The notes: a model not told the origin generated them from the letters alone. A stretch of 64,000 nt of DNA from Chloroflexota bacterium (GCA_964291655.2 OZ219802.1:736001-800000); one strand, 5' to 3'; positions 10,174 through 20,402 are shown, counted from the stretch's first letter. A program made the numbers and translations.

Positions 10174-10917
10174 CTAGTCAGTGGGGTGCATCGCGCCTTC
10201 CCGGGCACGCCAGACATGGTAGAGCAAAATTGAACCGGCCACGGCGGCGTTGAGGGACGCCACCCGACCTGTCATAGGAATATGCACGCGGTAGTCGCAC
10301 GCGCGCCGGATCAGCGGGCGCAGCCCCTTGTCCTCGCTACCCACGACGACTACTACCGGCCAATCGTAGTCCAGCGTATCGTACTGAGTTTCCCCGGCGG
10401 GGTCGAGGCCCACAATCCAGATGCCTCGTTTTTTGTACCACGCCAATGTGCGCATGAGGTTCGTGACTGAGCACAGTGCCAGGTGTTCTACGGCGCCACT
10501 CGATGCGCGTGCTACGGTCGTACTTGCCGCAACACTGCGGTCTTTGGGCAATGCCACGCCATGCACGCCCACGGCCTCCGCCGTACGCAGCAATGATCCG
10601 AGATTCTGCGGGTCTTGCAGATGGTCGAGGGCCAAGAGAAATGGCATCTGGCCGCGTTGCTCAGCAATGGCCAGTGGATAGTCCAGAGAGTGCAACGTGC
10701 GCTCGGGAAAGCGCGCGGCGACGTTTTGGTGGTGACTGCTGTGGCAGATATTCCCTAAGTCCTGCCGCGTGACCTGCCGGGCATTCACCCCGCTCGTCCC
10801 AGCCAGGGCGACAATCTCGCCCAGACCCTTCGCCCCTGCCACCACCCATACAGAATCGGGTACGCGTCCCGCGCGCAATGCTTCCCGCACCGGATGAAAG
10901 CCAAACAGTAATTCCAC
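10174..10917 (-). CDS. rlmB: 23S rRNA (guanosine-2'-O)-methyltransferase RlmB, SPOUT family
   Basis: DPQNLGSLLRTA, GSEDKG, IPMTGRVASLNAAVA. Confidence 0.93.
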   Translation of the reverse strand: MELLFGFHPVREALRAGRVPDSVWVVAGAKGLGEIVALAGTSGVNARQVTRQDLGNICHSSHHQNVAARFPERTLHSLDYPLAIAEQRGQMPFLLALDHLQDPQNLGSLLRTAEAVGVHGVALPKDRSVAASTTVARASSGAVEHLALCSVTNLMRTLAWYKKRGIWIVGLDPAGETQYDTLDYDWPVVVVVGSEDKGLRPLIRRACDYRVHIPMTGRVASLNAAVAGSILLYHVWRAREGAMHPTD

Positions 10918-11074
10918 AACACGTCCTTAGGTGAATCTCATACTAACGCTACGGCTTAGTATAGAATGAGAGAAGGAATGCGACTATGTGGCTGACCGTG
11001 AGTCTTGAACGACGCAGCCTGGAATCCGCGCTCGTTCATGCAGGACATGCTCTTGTTGCAGTGTGCTAGAGTTA

Positions 11075-11240
11075 CCGTTCGCGCTGAGCCTACCTGTCCT
11101 GAGCACTTCGACAAGTTCAGCGCAGGCTTGATGAAGGGTCGAAGCGCAAGAACTCAGAAGACCGTTCGTCCTTAGCAACGAAAATCTCTTCCTCTCCACC
11201 CATCGACATGCTCAGAGCCTGCCCCGTACTCGATTCAGCA
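11075..11240. repeat. Triple-nested REP-like element plus a second interrupted copy
   Basis: ccgttcgcgctgagcct[acctgtcctgagc[acttcgacaagttcagcgcaggc]ttgatgaagg]gtcgaagcg at 11075-11146; atgctcag|agcctgccccgtactcgat with junction at 11215/11216. Confidence 0.8.
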
Positions 11241-11365
11241 TTTCGAGACGCTGCGGGGGTGGTCGGAATCGGTGCAGTGAAATGCTACGAGACACGGTCA
11301 GCGGATAGATCCGTTGGAACTCGTCTGCGCGAAAAGACCAGGCGGAATGGACAGCGGGAAACTTC

Positions 11366-12142
11366 ATGATAATTGACGTCCACGTGCACATTCGCTCCAT
11401 GCCGATGCTGGAGCGCGCGTTGCGTCAGGCCGATCAGCTCGATATGATTCTTTGCCTCAACAGCATCAACCTGGAAGGTAGCAGTTCGCCGAATTCTCCT
11501 TCACGGCAGTTTGTGTCTGATTGCAACGACCGTACCGCCCAGGTTGCTGCCGCAAACCCCAACCGTGTTATCCCCATGTGGTACTTAAATCCTGCTCACG
11601 GCCGGTTTGCCGTTGACGAACTGGAGCGGCGGGTGGCAGAACATCGCGGCCCTCAGGGAGTGAAACTCTGGACAGCGGTCAAGGCAAATGACCCCCGCGT
11701 TGATCCTATCTTTGCCGTGTGCGCCGCCTACCGGCTGCCGGTGTTGCAGCATTCGTGGATGGAAGTTACGGGCAATCTCCCGGGCGAGACCGATCCCTTC
11801 GACATGCGCGCCGCCGCCTTGCGTCACCCGAATGTGAACTTCTTCTGGGGTCACGCCAGCGGCGACGTGGAGTATACGGTCAAACTGGCCTGCGGGCTGC
11901 CGAACATCTATCTGGACATCGGCGGCTGCGAGGCAACCAACGGCTATACGGAGATGCTCGTCAAGTACGTCGGCGCCGATCACATCGTTCAAGGCAGTGA
12001 CGGCACCGGCCGCTCGTTTACCTCGCAACTCGCGAAAGTATATGGAGCAGATATCTCTGCAGGGCAGAAAGATCGAATTCTCTACAAGAATGCGCAAGCC
12101 GCCTTCGCGCAGCAGCCTCACAGTCACACACTCTTGGCATAA
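11366..12142 (+). CDS. Amidohydrolase family protein (TIM barrel)
   Basis: IIDVHVH metal motif, GVKL, PVLQH, GH, GSD, ILYKNA. Confidence 0.88.
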   Translation: MIIDVHVHIRSMPMLERALRQADQLDMILCLNSINLEGSSSPNSPSRQFVSDCNDRTAQVAAANPNRVIPMWYLNPAHGRFAVDELERRVAEHRGPQGVKLWTAVKANDPRVDPIFAVCAAYRLPVLQHSWMEVTGNLPGETDPFDMRAAALRHPNVNFFWGHASGDVEYTVKLACGLPNIYLDIGGCEATNGYTEMLVKYVGADHIVQGSDGTGRSFTSQLAKVYGADISAGQKDRILYKNAQAAFAQQPHSHTLLA

Positions 12143-12156
12143 TCGACTCCCCTACC

Positions 12157-13071
12157 ATGCCCGAACTTGCAGTCACAACCCGCCAACTACGCAAAGTCTA
12201 TGGCACAACCCCGGCAGTGGCGAGCCTGGATCTTGCGGTGCCGACCGGGGAGATTTTCGGCTTTCTTGGGCCGAACGGCGCCGGCAAGAGTACCTGTGTG
12301 AAGATGCTGCTGGGTCTCGTCTTCCCTACGGGAGGCGACGGGACGCTCCTCGGCGCCTCTTTGGGCGATCAACGCATCAAAGCCAAGATTGGCTTTCTGC
12401 CGGAGCAGTTTCGCTTCCACGAATGGTTCACCGCGCGCGAGTTCCTAAACTTTCACGGCCAGCTCTACGGTATGAGCAGCAAACTTCGCAAGCAGAGAAT
12501 TGCCGAAGTGCTCGCGCTTGTGAATTTGGAGCGCGCCGCCGCTCAGCAACTGCGCACCTTCTCGAAAGGCATGCTCCAGCGCATTGGCATCGCCCAGGCC
12601 TTGCTCCATGATCCGGAACTGGTCTTCCTCGATGAACCCACCAGCGCCCTCGATCCCATCGGCCGGCGCCTGGTACGGGATATAATCCGCCAACTGAAGG
12701 CCGAGAAGAAGACCGTCTTCCTTAATTCGCATCTGCTCTCCGAGGTAGAGGCAGTGTGCGACCGGGTGGCAATAATCCAACGTGGCGAGGTCGTGCGCGA
12801 CGGCACCTTGGACGAGCTACTTGCTACCCAGCGCCTGCTGGACGTGCAGGCCCAGGGCATACGTGAGGACGTGCTGGAGCGAGTGAAAGCGCAGTGGGAG
12901 ATTACGGCGTACGAGGACGATCGCCTTACGCTGGCATTGACCGACTCCGCCGACGTTCCACAGGTTGTCTCTCTCCTCGTTACTGCGGGCGCTGCCGTCC
13001 ATCACGTGGCATTGCGCCAGGAGAGCTTAGAAGACCTATTTGTGCGGACCGTGGATGACACCGGCGCGTGA
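12157..13071 (+). CDS. ABC-2-type exporter ATP-binding protein
   Basis: GPNGAGKS, FSKGMLQR, FLDEPT, NSHLL. Confidence 0.95.
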   Translation: MPELAVTTRQLRKVYGTTPAVASLDLAVPTGEIFGFLGPNGAGKSTCVKMLLGLVFPTGGDGTLLGASLGDQRIKAKIGFLPEQFRFHEWFTAREFLNFHGQLYGMSSKLRKQRIAEVLALVNLERAAAQQLRTFSKGMLQRIGIAQALLHDPELVFLDEPTSALDPIGRRLVRDIIRQLKAEKKTVFLNSHLLSEVEAVCDRVAIIQRGEVVRDGTLDELLATQRLLDVQAQGIREDVLERVKAQWEITAYEDDRLTLALTDSADVPQVVSLLVTAGAAVHHVALRQESLEDLFVRTVDDTGA

Positions 13072-13119
13072 GTATCTAGCTTAGAGCGCGCCTCCGTTGC
13101 TAGAGATTGAGCCAAGCCA

Positions 13120-13962
13120 ATGATGCCGATTCTCGTCATAGCAAAGATCACCTTGCAGGAAGGCGTACGCAAGAAAGCCGTGCTGGGCGGTGTGCTCTTG
13201 GCCACCGCATTTCTCACGTTATACGGCCTGGGCATGTACTTTGTCATGCGCGACCTGGCGGTACCCGATCGTTTTATAGATCCGGACGTATTTCGCGATG
13301 CCGTCTCGGGCCAACTCCTGGCGGCGGCGCTCAACGTGGCCGGCATGCTGACGGCACTAGTGGCAATTTTCACCTCAGCAGGCGCGATCGCCACTGAAGT
13401 GGAGCAGAATACCCTCCACGCGATCATTCCAAAGCCGCTCATGCGCTGGCAGGTGCTTGTCGGCAAGTGTTGCGGCTTAGGGGCCATGTCCGCCACATTT
13501 GCGATTACGACGACGGTGGCCTTGCTCCTCCTTACCTGGGCTTTTGCCGGCTTCTATTCCTGGTCGGGATTGCAATCGGCGCTCTTACTCGGCTTGCTGG
13601 CGGTCCTACTCACGTGCGTTACCGTGTGCGCCAGTACGCTGCTCTCGACGCTCACGGCGGGCGTGACCGTCATTATGCTCTATGGTCTCGCGATGGTCGG
13701 CGGCATGGTGGAACAATTGGGAGTGCTGCTGGATAACCAGGTAATGCAGAACATCGGCATTATATCCAGCCTGCTCCTGCCCTCTGACGCGCTGTGGCGC
13801 ATGGCTGCACAACGGTTGAACGTGCAGGAACTTGCCATCCTCGCCGGCGGGCCGTTTGAAGGCTTCAGTCAACCTTCAGCGATCATGCTTGTCTGGGCGC
13901 TCTTGTATATCACTTTCGCCGTGCTGCTCGGCATGGGAGTGTTCGCCCGGAAAGACCTCTAG
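13120..13962 (+). CDS. ABC-2-type permease
   Basis: About 6 hydrophobic helices, EVEQNTL..IIPKPL.RWQV.VGK, C-terminal FARKDL. Confidence 0.9.
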   Translation: MMPILVIAKITLQEGVRKKAVLGGVLLATAFLTLYGLGMYFVMRDLAVPDRFIDPDVFRDAVSGQLLAAALNVAGMLTALVAIFTSAGAIATEVEQNTLHAIIPKPLMRWQVLVGKCCGLGAMSATFAITTTVALLLLTWAFAGFYSWSGLQSALLLGLLAVLLTCVTVCASTLLSTLTAGVTVIMLYGLAMVGGMVEQLGVLLDNQVMQNIGIISSLLLPSDALWRMAAQRLNVQELAILAGGPFEGFSQPSAIMLVWALLYITFAVLLGMGVFARKDL

Positions 13963-14060
13963 GCTGCGTACGCGATTGCGATACGAGTCCAGAACGAGCA
14001 GATGGCTAATGGGTGAAGTGTGAGGAGCAAGGGATTCGGGCGATACGCGAAACGCAAACC

Positions 14061-14735
14061 CTAAACCTTCCGCGCGATCATCCGACTCATTGCGTGCTGA
14101 TGCGGAACGCCGCCTGACATGCAGTCGAAGATCTCTTCAGTGCTGTACTCAATCTTCCAGTCATGGTAGAGCGTGAGGAGTTCGCCCGACAGCCAGGGTT
14201 CCGCGCCTGGATCGCTATCCAGCGCTTTGCCGATAAACGGCTTGCGGACAAAGACAGAGAGCACGTTGAGGCCGCCTGTGAGAGTCTGTTCCTTGTAGTG
14301 CGAGAAGATGTCCTGTCGCAGCCTTCGAGGAATGAGATGGAACACCCCCGTAGAGAATAGGACATCGAAATTCTCTTCCAACCTATGCTCATTCATGTTC
14401 GCCTGAAAGACCCTAAGCGTAGCGTTGGCTGCTTCGGCAAGGCGTTCTGCTTTTGCGACACCTGCCGCCGAAAGATCGAACGCCGTAACTTCATACCCGC
14501 TATGCGCAAAGAAGACCGCATTCCTGCCCTCCCCACAGCCGATATCGAGCAACGAGAGCGGCTGTTTCGGCGGCTTTAGTGCCAAGACTTTGTGGCAAAT
14601 TGCGGACGGCTTCGTGCCCCAGTGAAATTCCTGGGCGCCGTATCGCTCATCGTAAGATGATTCTGGATTCATACCGGCTTTTCCTGTCGTATTTCCAGCC
14701 GGAACCTTCTCGGACTGGCAGAATGCTGCGTCCAC
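14061..14735 (-). CDS. Class I SAM-dependent methyltransferase (TehB-like)
   Basis: LLDIGCGEGRNAVFFA; alternative start at 14672. Confidence 0.88.
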   Translation of the reverse strand: MDAAFCQSEKVPAGNTTGKAGMNPESSYDERYGAQEFHWGTKPSAICHKVLALKPPKQPLSLLDIGCGEGRNAVFFAHSGYEVTAFDLSAAGVAKAERLAEAANATLRVFQANMNEHRLEENFDVLFSTGVFHLIPRRLRQDIFSHYKEQTLTGGLNVLSVFVRKPFIGKALDSDPGAEPWLSGELLTLYHDWKIEYSTEEIFDCMSGGVPHQHAMSRMIARKV

Positions 14736-14770
14736 TCTCCCGTTGAGCTGAGGAAGGGCTCTTCGGGCTC

Positions 14771-16027
14771 TTACTCGTAACGCAGGGCCTGGATGGGATC
14801 GAGGCGGGCGGCGCGATTGGCGGGATAGATGCCGAAGAAGATGCCCACCGACGCTGCAACGCTTACGGCGAGCAGGACTATATCCAGAGTGACCGCCGTC
14901 TGCAACCCTTCTCCATCGTCACCCAGCGGAATCTGCGCGATACCGAACGAAATTAACGTGCCAAGCGCTATCCCAAGCAGACCACCAAGCACACTCACAA
15001 CGACACTCTCTACGAGAAACTGAATGAGAATGTCCCGTCGTTTTGCGCCCACCGCCTTGCGGATACCGATCTCGCGGGTGCGTTCGGTAACGGAGACGAG
15101 CATGATGTTCATGATTCCAATGCCGCCCACCAGCAAGGATATCCCCGCAATCGCGCCCAAAAAGAGCGTAAAGACACCCAAGGCCGCGCTGACCGCTTCG
15201 ATGAGGTCCTTGGGACTCATGATGGTAAAGTCGTCGTCCTCTTCTTCCAGGATTTCATGGCGCTCGCGCAAGATCTGCCGGATGCCGGCCGCCCCCGCGT
15301 CGATTGTCTCTTCCCGCTCATCTGGCAACTCAACGCTGATCGTGTTGATCGGTTGGCCGCCGCGGGCGGTAACTAACCTGCTCAGGCGGGCGTGGGCGGT
15401 CGTGATGGGTATCAGCACCATGTCGTCGGCACTTTGTCCGAAAGCGCCGCTGCCCTGTTCTACCAGCACGCCAATCACACGCAGCCGCAGGTTATCGGCG
15501 CGAATAGTCTGATCGATCGGATCATCGATTGGAAACAAGTCTGCGGCGACATTCGAGCCCAAAACGGCAACTAACGCTCGGGAATTTAAGTCCGTTTCAG
15601 AAAGAGGCTGGCCGTAAGCTAATTCATAATTGTTCACTGAAATGTAGCTTGCGGTCACACCGCGAATTGAGGCTTGGGAGTTCCTGCCCTGGGCCACAAC
15701 AGCCATGCCGCGGCTGCTTCCTTCTACGGCGATCTCAATTACTGTTCCATCCCATTTCAACTCTTCAAGCGCGAGCGCATCTTCATACGTCAGCGGCGCA
15801 ATCGGATCGTCGCTATCGGAACCGCCCGGCCGGCCGCTGAAAATGAAAAGGACATTTGTGCCGGCCGATTGCAGCTCGGTCGTAATTTGCCTCTCCACCC
15901 CCCGCCCGATGGACATCAGCGCCGTGACCGACGCCACACCGATGATCATGCCCAGCAGAGTCAAACTCGTGCGCAGTTTGTTGGCAGCCAGCGCGGTGAT
16001 TGCTACTTTCAATGTCGCAAAATTCAC
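14771..16027 (-). CDS. MacB/FtsX-family ABC permease
   Basis: [60 protein letters not shown]. Confidence 0.96.
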   Translation of the reverse strand: MNFATLKVAITALAANKLRTSLTLLGMIIGVASVTALMSIGRGVERQITTELQSAGTNVLFIFSGRPGGSDSDDPIAPLTYEDALALEELKWDGTVIEIAVEGSSRGMAVVAQGRNSQASIRGVTASYISVNNYELAYGQPLSETDLNSRALVAVLGSNVAADLFPIDDPIDQTIRADNLRLRVIGVLVEQGSGAFGQSADDMVLIPITTAHARLSRLVTARGGQPINTISVELPDEREETIDAGAAGIRQILRERHEILEEEDDDFTIMSPKDLIEAVSAALGVFTLFLGAIAGISLLVGGIGIMNIMLVSVTERTREIGIRKAVGAKRRDILIQFLVESVVVSVLGGLLGIALGTLISFGIAQIPLGDDGEGLQTAVTLDIVLLAVSVAASVGIFFGIYPANRAARLDPIQALRYE

Positions 16028-16992
16028 GGCCTTGCCTCACCAGGATGCGATGATTGCCGCGCCGCTTGCTGGTTGGACGTTGGCACGTCGCGATTCGGGT
16101 CACCCCTGGGTGCGTGATCCGCTTCTAACCCGGCCGGGGCGGGGGTACCGCCGCCCATCTCTCCGCGCTCCTCAGCGTCAATGCGACCGTCGCGCATGCG
16201 CACGATACGATTCGTGCGGCGCGCAATGTCCTCTTCGTGGGTAATGAAGACTACCGTGATCCCGCGGTCGGCATTGAGCCGCAGGAGCAGCGCCATAAGC
16301 TCCTCGCTGGTGCGCGAATCCAAGTTACCGGTCGGCTCGTCCGCCAGGATGATCGCGGGGTCGGTCACTAAGGCACGGGCAATGGCAACCCGCTGCTGCT
16401 GGCCGCCGGAAAGCTCCGTCGGCTTGTGTGACATGCGGTCTTCCAAGCCCACGGCAACGAGTGCCTCCCGCGCGCGGTTACGCCACTCGGCGCCGCCTCT
16501 TTGGAGCAATAGGTCTCGCGCGACTGCAACCCGCTGCTGGGCCCCGGATAGTTCGGGCGTCTGGTTGCCCGAGTGAAGTGTTGACTCGGCCCCTTGCAGA
16601 GACCGCTTCGCGGAGTCGCTCCGCTTATTGCCGCCCCCGTAGAGCAATGGAAGCTCTACCTGCTCCAACGCGCTCACGCGCGGCAGCAAATTGAAAGACT
16701 GGAAGACAAACCCAATCTTGCGGTTGCGTATCTCAGCCAAGCGATTGTCGTCAAGTGTGGCGACGTCTTCGCCGTCCAACAGATAATCCCCGGCATCCGG
16801 CCGGTCCAAGCAGCCAAGGATATTCATGAGCGTGGACTTGCCAGAACCGGAAGGTCCCGTGATCGCCAGCAAATCCCCCCGCTCAACGTGAAGAGAAACA
16901 CCGTCGAGGGCATGAATCTCAGAATCGCCCATCACGTAGGTCTTCCTGAGGTCTCTTGTTTCGATCACGCTCTCGCGCATGCAGTGCCCCAT
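16024..16992 (-). CDS. MacB/LolD-type ABC ATP-binding protein with internal duplication
   Basis: [35 protein letters not shown]; extra degenerate [13 protein letters not shown]. Confidence 0.95.
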   Translation of the reverse strand: MGHCMRESVIETRDLRKTYVMGDSEIHALDGVSLHVERGDLLAITGPSGSGKSTLMNILGCLDRPDAGDYLLDGEDVATLDDNRLAEIRNRKIGFVFQSFNLLPRVSALEQVELPLLYGGGNKRSDSAKRSLQGAESTLHSGNQTPELSGAQQRVAVARDLLLQRGGAEWRNRAREALVAVGLEDRMSHKPTELSGGQQQRVAIARALVTDPAIILADEPTGNLDSRTSEELMALLLRLNADRGITVVFITHEEDIARRTNRIVRMRDGRIDAEERGEMGGGTPAPAGLEADHAPRGDPNRDVPTSNQQAARQSSHPGEARP

Positions 16993-17048
16993 CCTATCGA
17001 TGCATACCTAGAACTCATCTCATAGATACATCGCTCTGTGTAGATTTG

Positions 17049-17136
17049 CCCTTCGACAGGCCTGTACTGAGCTTGTCGAAGTGCTCAGGACGAACGGAAA
17101 AGGCATAAAACCGTTCGTGCTGAGCTTGTCGAAGCA
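17049..17136. repeat. Inverted pair of REP-like elements, left copy carrying a 23-nt insert
   Basis: cccttcgacag[gcctgtactgagcttgtcgaagt]gctcaggacgaacgg followed by ccgttcgtgctgagcttgtcgaagca. Confidence 0.85.
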
Positions 17137-17176
17137 CAAGTTGGCACGTCGATCTGTGTCGTGATTGCACGTCGCG

Positions 17177-19117
17177 CTACCGCGTACGGATGTCCACGGG
17201 GCCGCCGTCAATACTGCCGCCCGCCCGCGACGGCACGGCGACCTCCTCCCCTTCACTGACGCCGCTCACAATCTCCGACACTTCGCTATCGCGCACGCCA
17301 ATTACAACCACGCGGCGTTCCAGCTCATCGCCATCTCGTCGAACATAGACCACCCGCTCGTCACCCTCACGCCGTATGGCTCTATTTGGCACGAGGAGGA
17401 CGTTCTCGCGGCTCGATACCTCAATCATCGCGTTGGCAGAGAGACCGCCCCGCAGGCGTTGGCCGCCCGGCTCCAGTCGGATGGTAATGGGGAAGAGCAC
17501 GACGCCCTGCTCCGAGGTGGAAATTGGCGAGATGGTTTCCAACACGCCGGTAATCTTGACGTCAGGCGATGCATACGTATTGACAACCACCGGCTGGCCC
17601 TTCGCCACGGACTCCACGTCCGCCTCGTCTACCCGGGCGTGCATTTCGACCCGCTCCGTGCGCACCAATGTAACGACGACGGCTTCCGGCTTTTGTCCAA
17701 TGTTGCCCTCCACTGTCGCCACTACCCCGGCAAACGGTGCCCGCAAGGTGGCGTCCGCCAAGTCTTGTTGGGCCGTTTCCAAGCTTCGCTGTGCTCGCTC
17801 GACCTTCAGCCGTTCCAATTCAAGGTCCTGGGCGCTGGCGCCGGTGCGCTTATCCTGCAGGTCCAGGCGCTTGAGCTCCAGTTCATTGCGCGCCTTGGCC
17901 ACGTCCTCGCTCTTCGGCCCCTCCAGGAGTTCTGTCCGCCTGCGCTGGGCATTATCCAGGTTCAGCCGGGCGCTCTGCACTTCTCTTTCCGCAACCGTGA
18001 TGTCTTCCGCTGAGGGATTGAGCAAGGCATCAAGCCTATCCTGCGCGGCCGTAAGCGTCCGCATGGCACTGTCCACACTGCGCTGGGCCGCATGCTCGTC
18101 ATCCGTGACCGATACACTTGCACTATCGTACGAAAGCTGTGCCTCTCTCACCGCGCCCAAGAGTTCTCCCGCCTTCGTGCCCGACGGCGGGTTGGGCAGG
18201 AGTTGATCCGTCAATTTGGGGATCTCTACATCCACATCCTCTTTTGCCTCGTCGTACTTCTCTTGCGCGTCCTCTAGTGCCTGCTCGGTGAAGGTGTTAT
18301 CGAACTCTTCATCATCTTCTTTGGCTTCATCCAGGGCCTCTTCTGCATCCTCCAACTCATCGAGGAGCCTCGTAATCTCGTCCTTTATGCGCTCCCGCTC
18401 ATCGTGGTATCGGTTTCTTGCGATGAGGAGTGCATTGGCGGCCGCTTGCATCCTGGCCTCGCTGCCGCCGGCGCGCAGCGCATCCAGATTTTCCTGTGCT
18501 GCCGCCAGGGCTGATTCCGCGCTATTCACATCGTTGCGGGCTGCCGCGATGTCGCTTTCCTCGGGATTGCGCAAGGAGCCAAGCGCCTTCACGGCTCTAT
18601 CGTAGGCAACTTCGGCGCTAATTACGGCTGCTTCCGCATCGTTGATTTCGGATTGGGACGGGCCATCCAGCAGCTCGGCCAGCTTGTTCTCAGCGTCCAC
18701 AACCGCAATTTCCGCCGTCCGGATATCTTCCGGCCGTGCTCTCTCCAGCCTCTCTAGGTTCACCTCGGCAGTGCGCAAATCCGCTTCTTTTTCCTGCACC
18801 GCCACCCGGAGGTCGGTGTCGTCTATGGCGGCCAACGGGGCGTCTGCCGCCACCTCATCCCCAACAGCGACGAATATCTCACGCAGGTCTGCCGACGTGG
18901 AGAAACCGAGTCTCACTTGCTCCGGGTACACAATGCTACCGGAGGCGTTGACCGTGGTCATAATTGTCCCACGGCTCACCACCACGAATTCCGTCTCGGC
19001 GCTTTCTACGGCAGCGCCGTTAGAGTCGGTGAGGCGTGGCAATACGACGAACCTGCCAACAATGATGAGCGCTGCCACGATTACGATCAGCAGAGCGATC
19101 TTCTGCCATCTGGCCAC
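17177..19117 (-). CDS. Efflux membrane-fusion/periplasmic adaptor (HlyD/MacA/YknX-like) with very long helical hairpin
   Basis: N-terminal TM, V.VGDEV and LRAPFAGVV lipoyl halves, VDEADV, VLLVPNRAI, EIVSGVSEGE. Confidence 0.9.
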   Translation of the reverse strand: MARWQKIALLIVIVAALIIVGRFVVLPRLTDSNGAAVESAETEFVVVSRGTIMTTVNASGSIVYPEQVRLGFSTSADLREIFVAVGDEVAADAPLAAIDDTDLRVAVQEKEADLRTAEVNLERLERARPEDIRTAEIAVVDAENKLAELLDGPSQSEINDAEAAVISAEVAYDRAVKALGSLRNPEESDIAAARNDVNSAESALAAAQENLDALRAGGSEARMQAAANALLIARNRYHDERERIKDEITRLLDELEDAEEALDEAKEDDEEFDNTFTEQALEDAQEKYDEAKEDVDVEIPKLTDQLLPNPPSGTKAGELLGAVREAQLSYDSASVSVTDDEHAAQRSVDSAMRTLTAAQDRLDALLNPSAEDITVAEREVQSARLNLDNAQRRRTELLEGPKSEDVAKARNELELKRLDLQDKRTGASAQDLELERLKVERAQRSLETAQQDLADATLRAPFAGVVATVEGNIGQKPEAVVVTLVRTERVEMHARVDEADVESVAKGQPVVVNTYASPDVKITGVLETISPISTSEQGVVLFPITIRLEPGGQRLRGGLSANAMIEVSSRENVLLVPNRAIRREGDERVVYVRRDGDELERRVVVIGVRDSEVSEIVSGVSEGEEVAVPSRAGGSIDGGPVDIRTR

Positions 19118-19470
19118 TGAATTCTCTCCATGCGTTCACGCTGAATAGATTACTTGGATCTTCAGATTCGTGTGGCCTCGCCCGCTGCAATGCGCATCCT
19201 AGCGGCCAAGAACCACTGGGGAGAATATGCTACGCTAAACTCATTGTATCAATCTCACATGAGCGGTTGCCAGGACTGCTCGAGGCACCTACGAGCTGAC
19301 GCACGACACGCCATCATACGAATCCCCTATTCGAATCGTGCACGGTGTGTGAGTTCACTATTAACGAGTATAAGATGTAACTTGAAATTGTGCAAGTTCA
19401 TCTTTATTATTATGGCACTTGGCACCAACTATCTTTGACAATTACAACATAGTAATTTTGTACGGCGCAA

Positions 19471-19526
19471 TCAACGTACGTTGCAGGCAGTCAACATACG
19501 TTGCAGGCAGTCAACATACGTTGCAG
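19471..19526. repeat. 20-bp tandem repeat (2.8 copies) with palindromic core, upstream of SDR gene
   Basis: TCAACGTACGTTGCAGGCAG / TCAACATACGTTGCAGGCAG / TCAACATACGTTGCAG. Confidence 0.92.
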
Positions 19527-19560
19527 TTTGAAGCAAAAGTGAGGAACCGGGAGAGGAAGC

Positions 19561-20355
19561 ATGGGTTCGCAAACTCTTGAAGGTCGCTCAGCCATAGTGA
19601 CCGGTGGTAGTCGTGGGATAGGGAGAGCGATTGGTTTCGCTCTGGCCGGTCAAGGCGCAAACGTGACCCTTGTGGCGCGTACGTCTACCGACCTGGACGC
19701 GGCAGCCCGCGCGATCTCTCAAGACACGGGACGCCAAGCAATCGGCATTGCCGCTGACGTAACGGCGCGCAGCGCTATTCAAGGCGCGCTGCAGACGGCC
19801 GACAAGGAGTTCGGTCGGCTGGACATTCTGGTTGCCTGTGCGGGCGGCGGCACTGTTGGCGGCACCTTGGACGTGCCGGACGCTGCCTGGGAAGAGCAAA
19901 TCCGACTCAAGCTGCTTGGTTACATTCGCGCTGCGCGTGAGGCAGTCCCCTACATGCGGCAGAACGGCGGCGGCGCTATTGTGCTCATTGGCGGCGGCTC
20001 CGCACACGATCCGTCAACTCGACTTGCCATCGCCAGTGTGATGAACGCTGGTCTCCTGGCATTTACCAAGACTTTTGCCGATGAAGTTGCCAAGGACCGT
20101 ATCCGCATCGTTATGGTCAATCCCGGCCTCACGGAAACCGGCCTCATCGATGACATGGCCCGGCAGGCCGAACAGTTACGGGGCATACCAGCGCAACAAG
20201 CGGCAGCCGAGATGCGCGCGCCCAACCCCTTGGGTCGCGTGACGCTCCCGGCAGACGTAGCCAACCTGGTGACATTCCTCGTCTCAGATCAGGCGTCCAT
20301 GATCACCGGTACGTCGATCGACATTGATGCCGGCGCGCGCCGAGGTCTGGCGTGA
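19561..20355 (+). CDS. Short-chain dehydrogenase/reductase (atypical active site)
   Basis: TGGSRGIG, GRLDILV, VNPGLTET, PLGR, ITG; canonical YxxxK appears replaced by ASVMN; GGAGAGG RBS. Confidence 0.93.
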   Translation: MGSQTLEGRSAIVTGGSRGIGRAIGFALAGQGANVTLVARTSTDLDAAARAISQDTGRQAIGIAADVTARSAIQGALQTADKEFGRLDILVACAGGGTVGGTLDVPDAAWEEQIRLKLLGYIRAAREAVPYMRQNGGGAIVLIGGGSAHDPSTRLAIASVMNAGLLAFTKTFADEVAKDRIRIVMVNPGLTETGLIDDMARQAEQLRGIPAQQAAAEMRAPNPLGRVTLPADVANLVTFLVSDQASMITGTSIDIDAGARRGLA

Positions 20356-20402
20356 AGATTGAACCCAAGCGTTTTCACGGCGCTGTTTTATTGGATTCCT
20401 CT

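Noticed and set aside
19471-19526. Mini-CRISPR
   Set aside because: Head-to-tail 20-bp units with no unique spacers.
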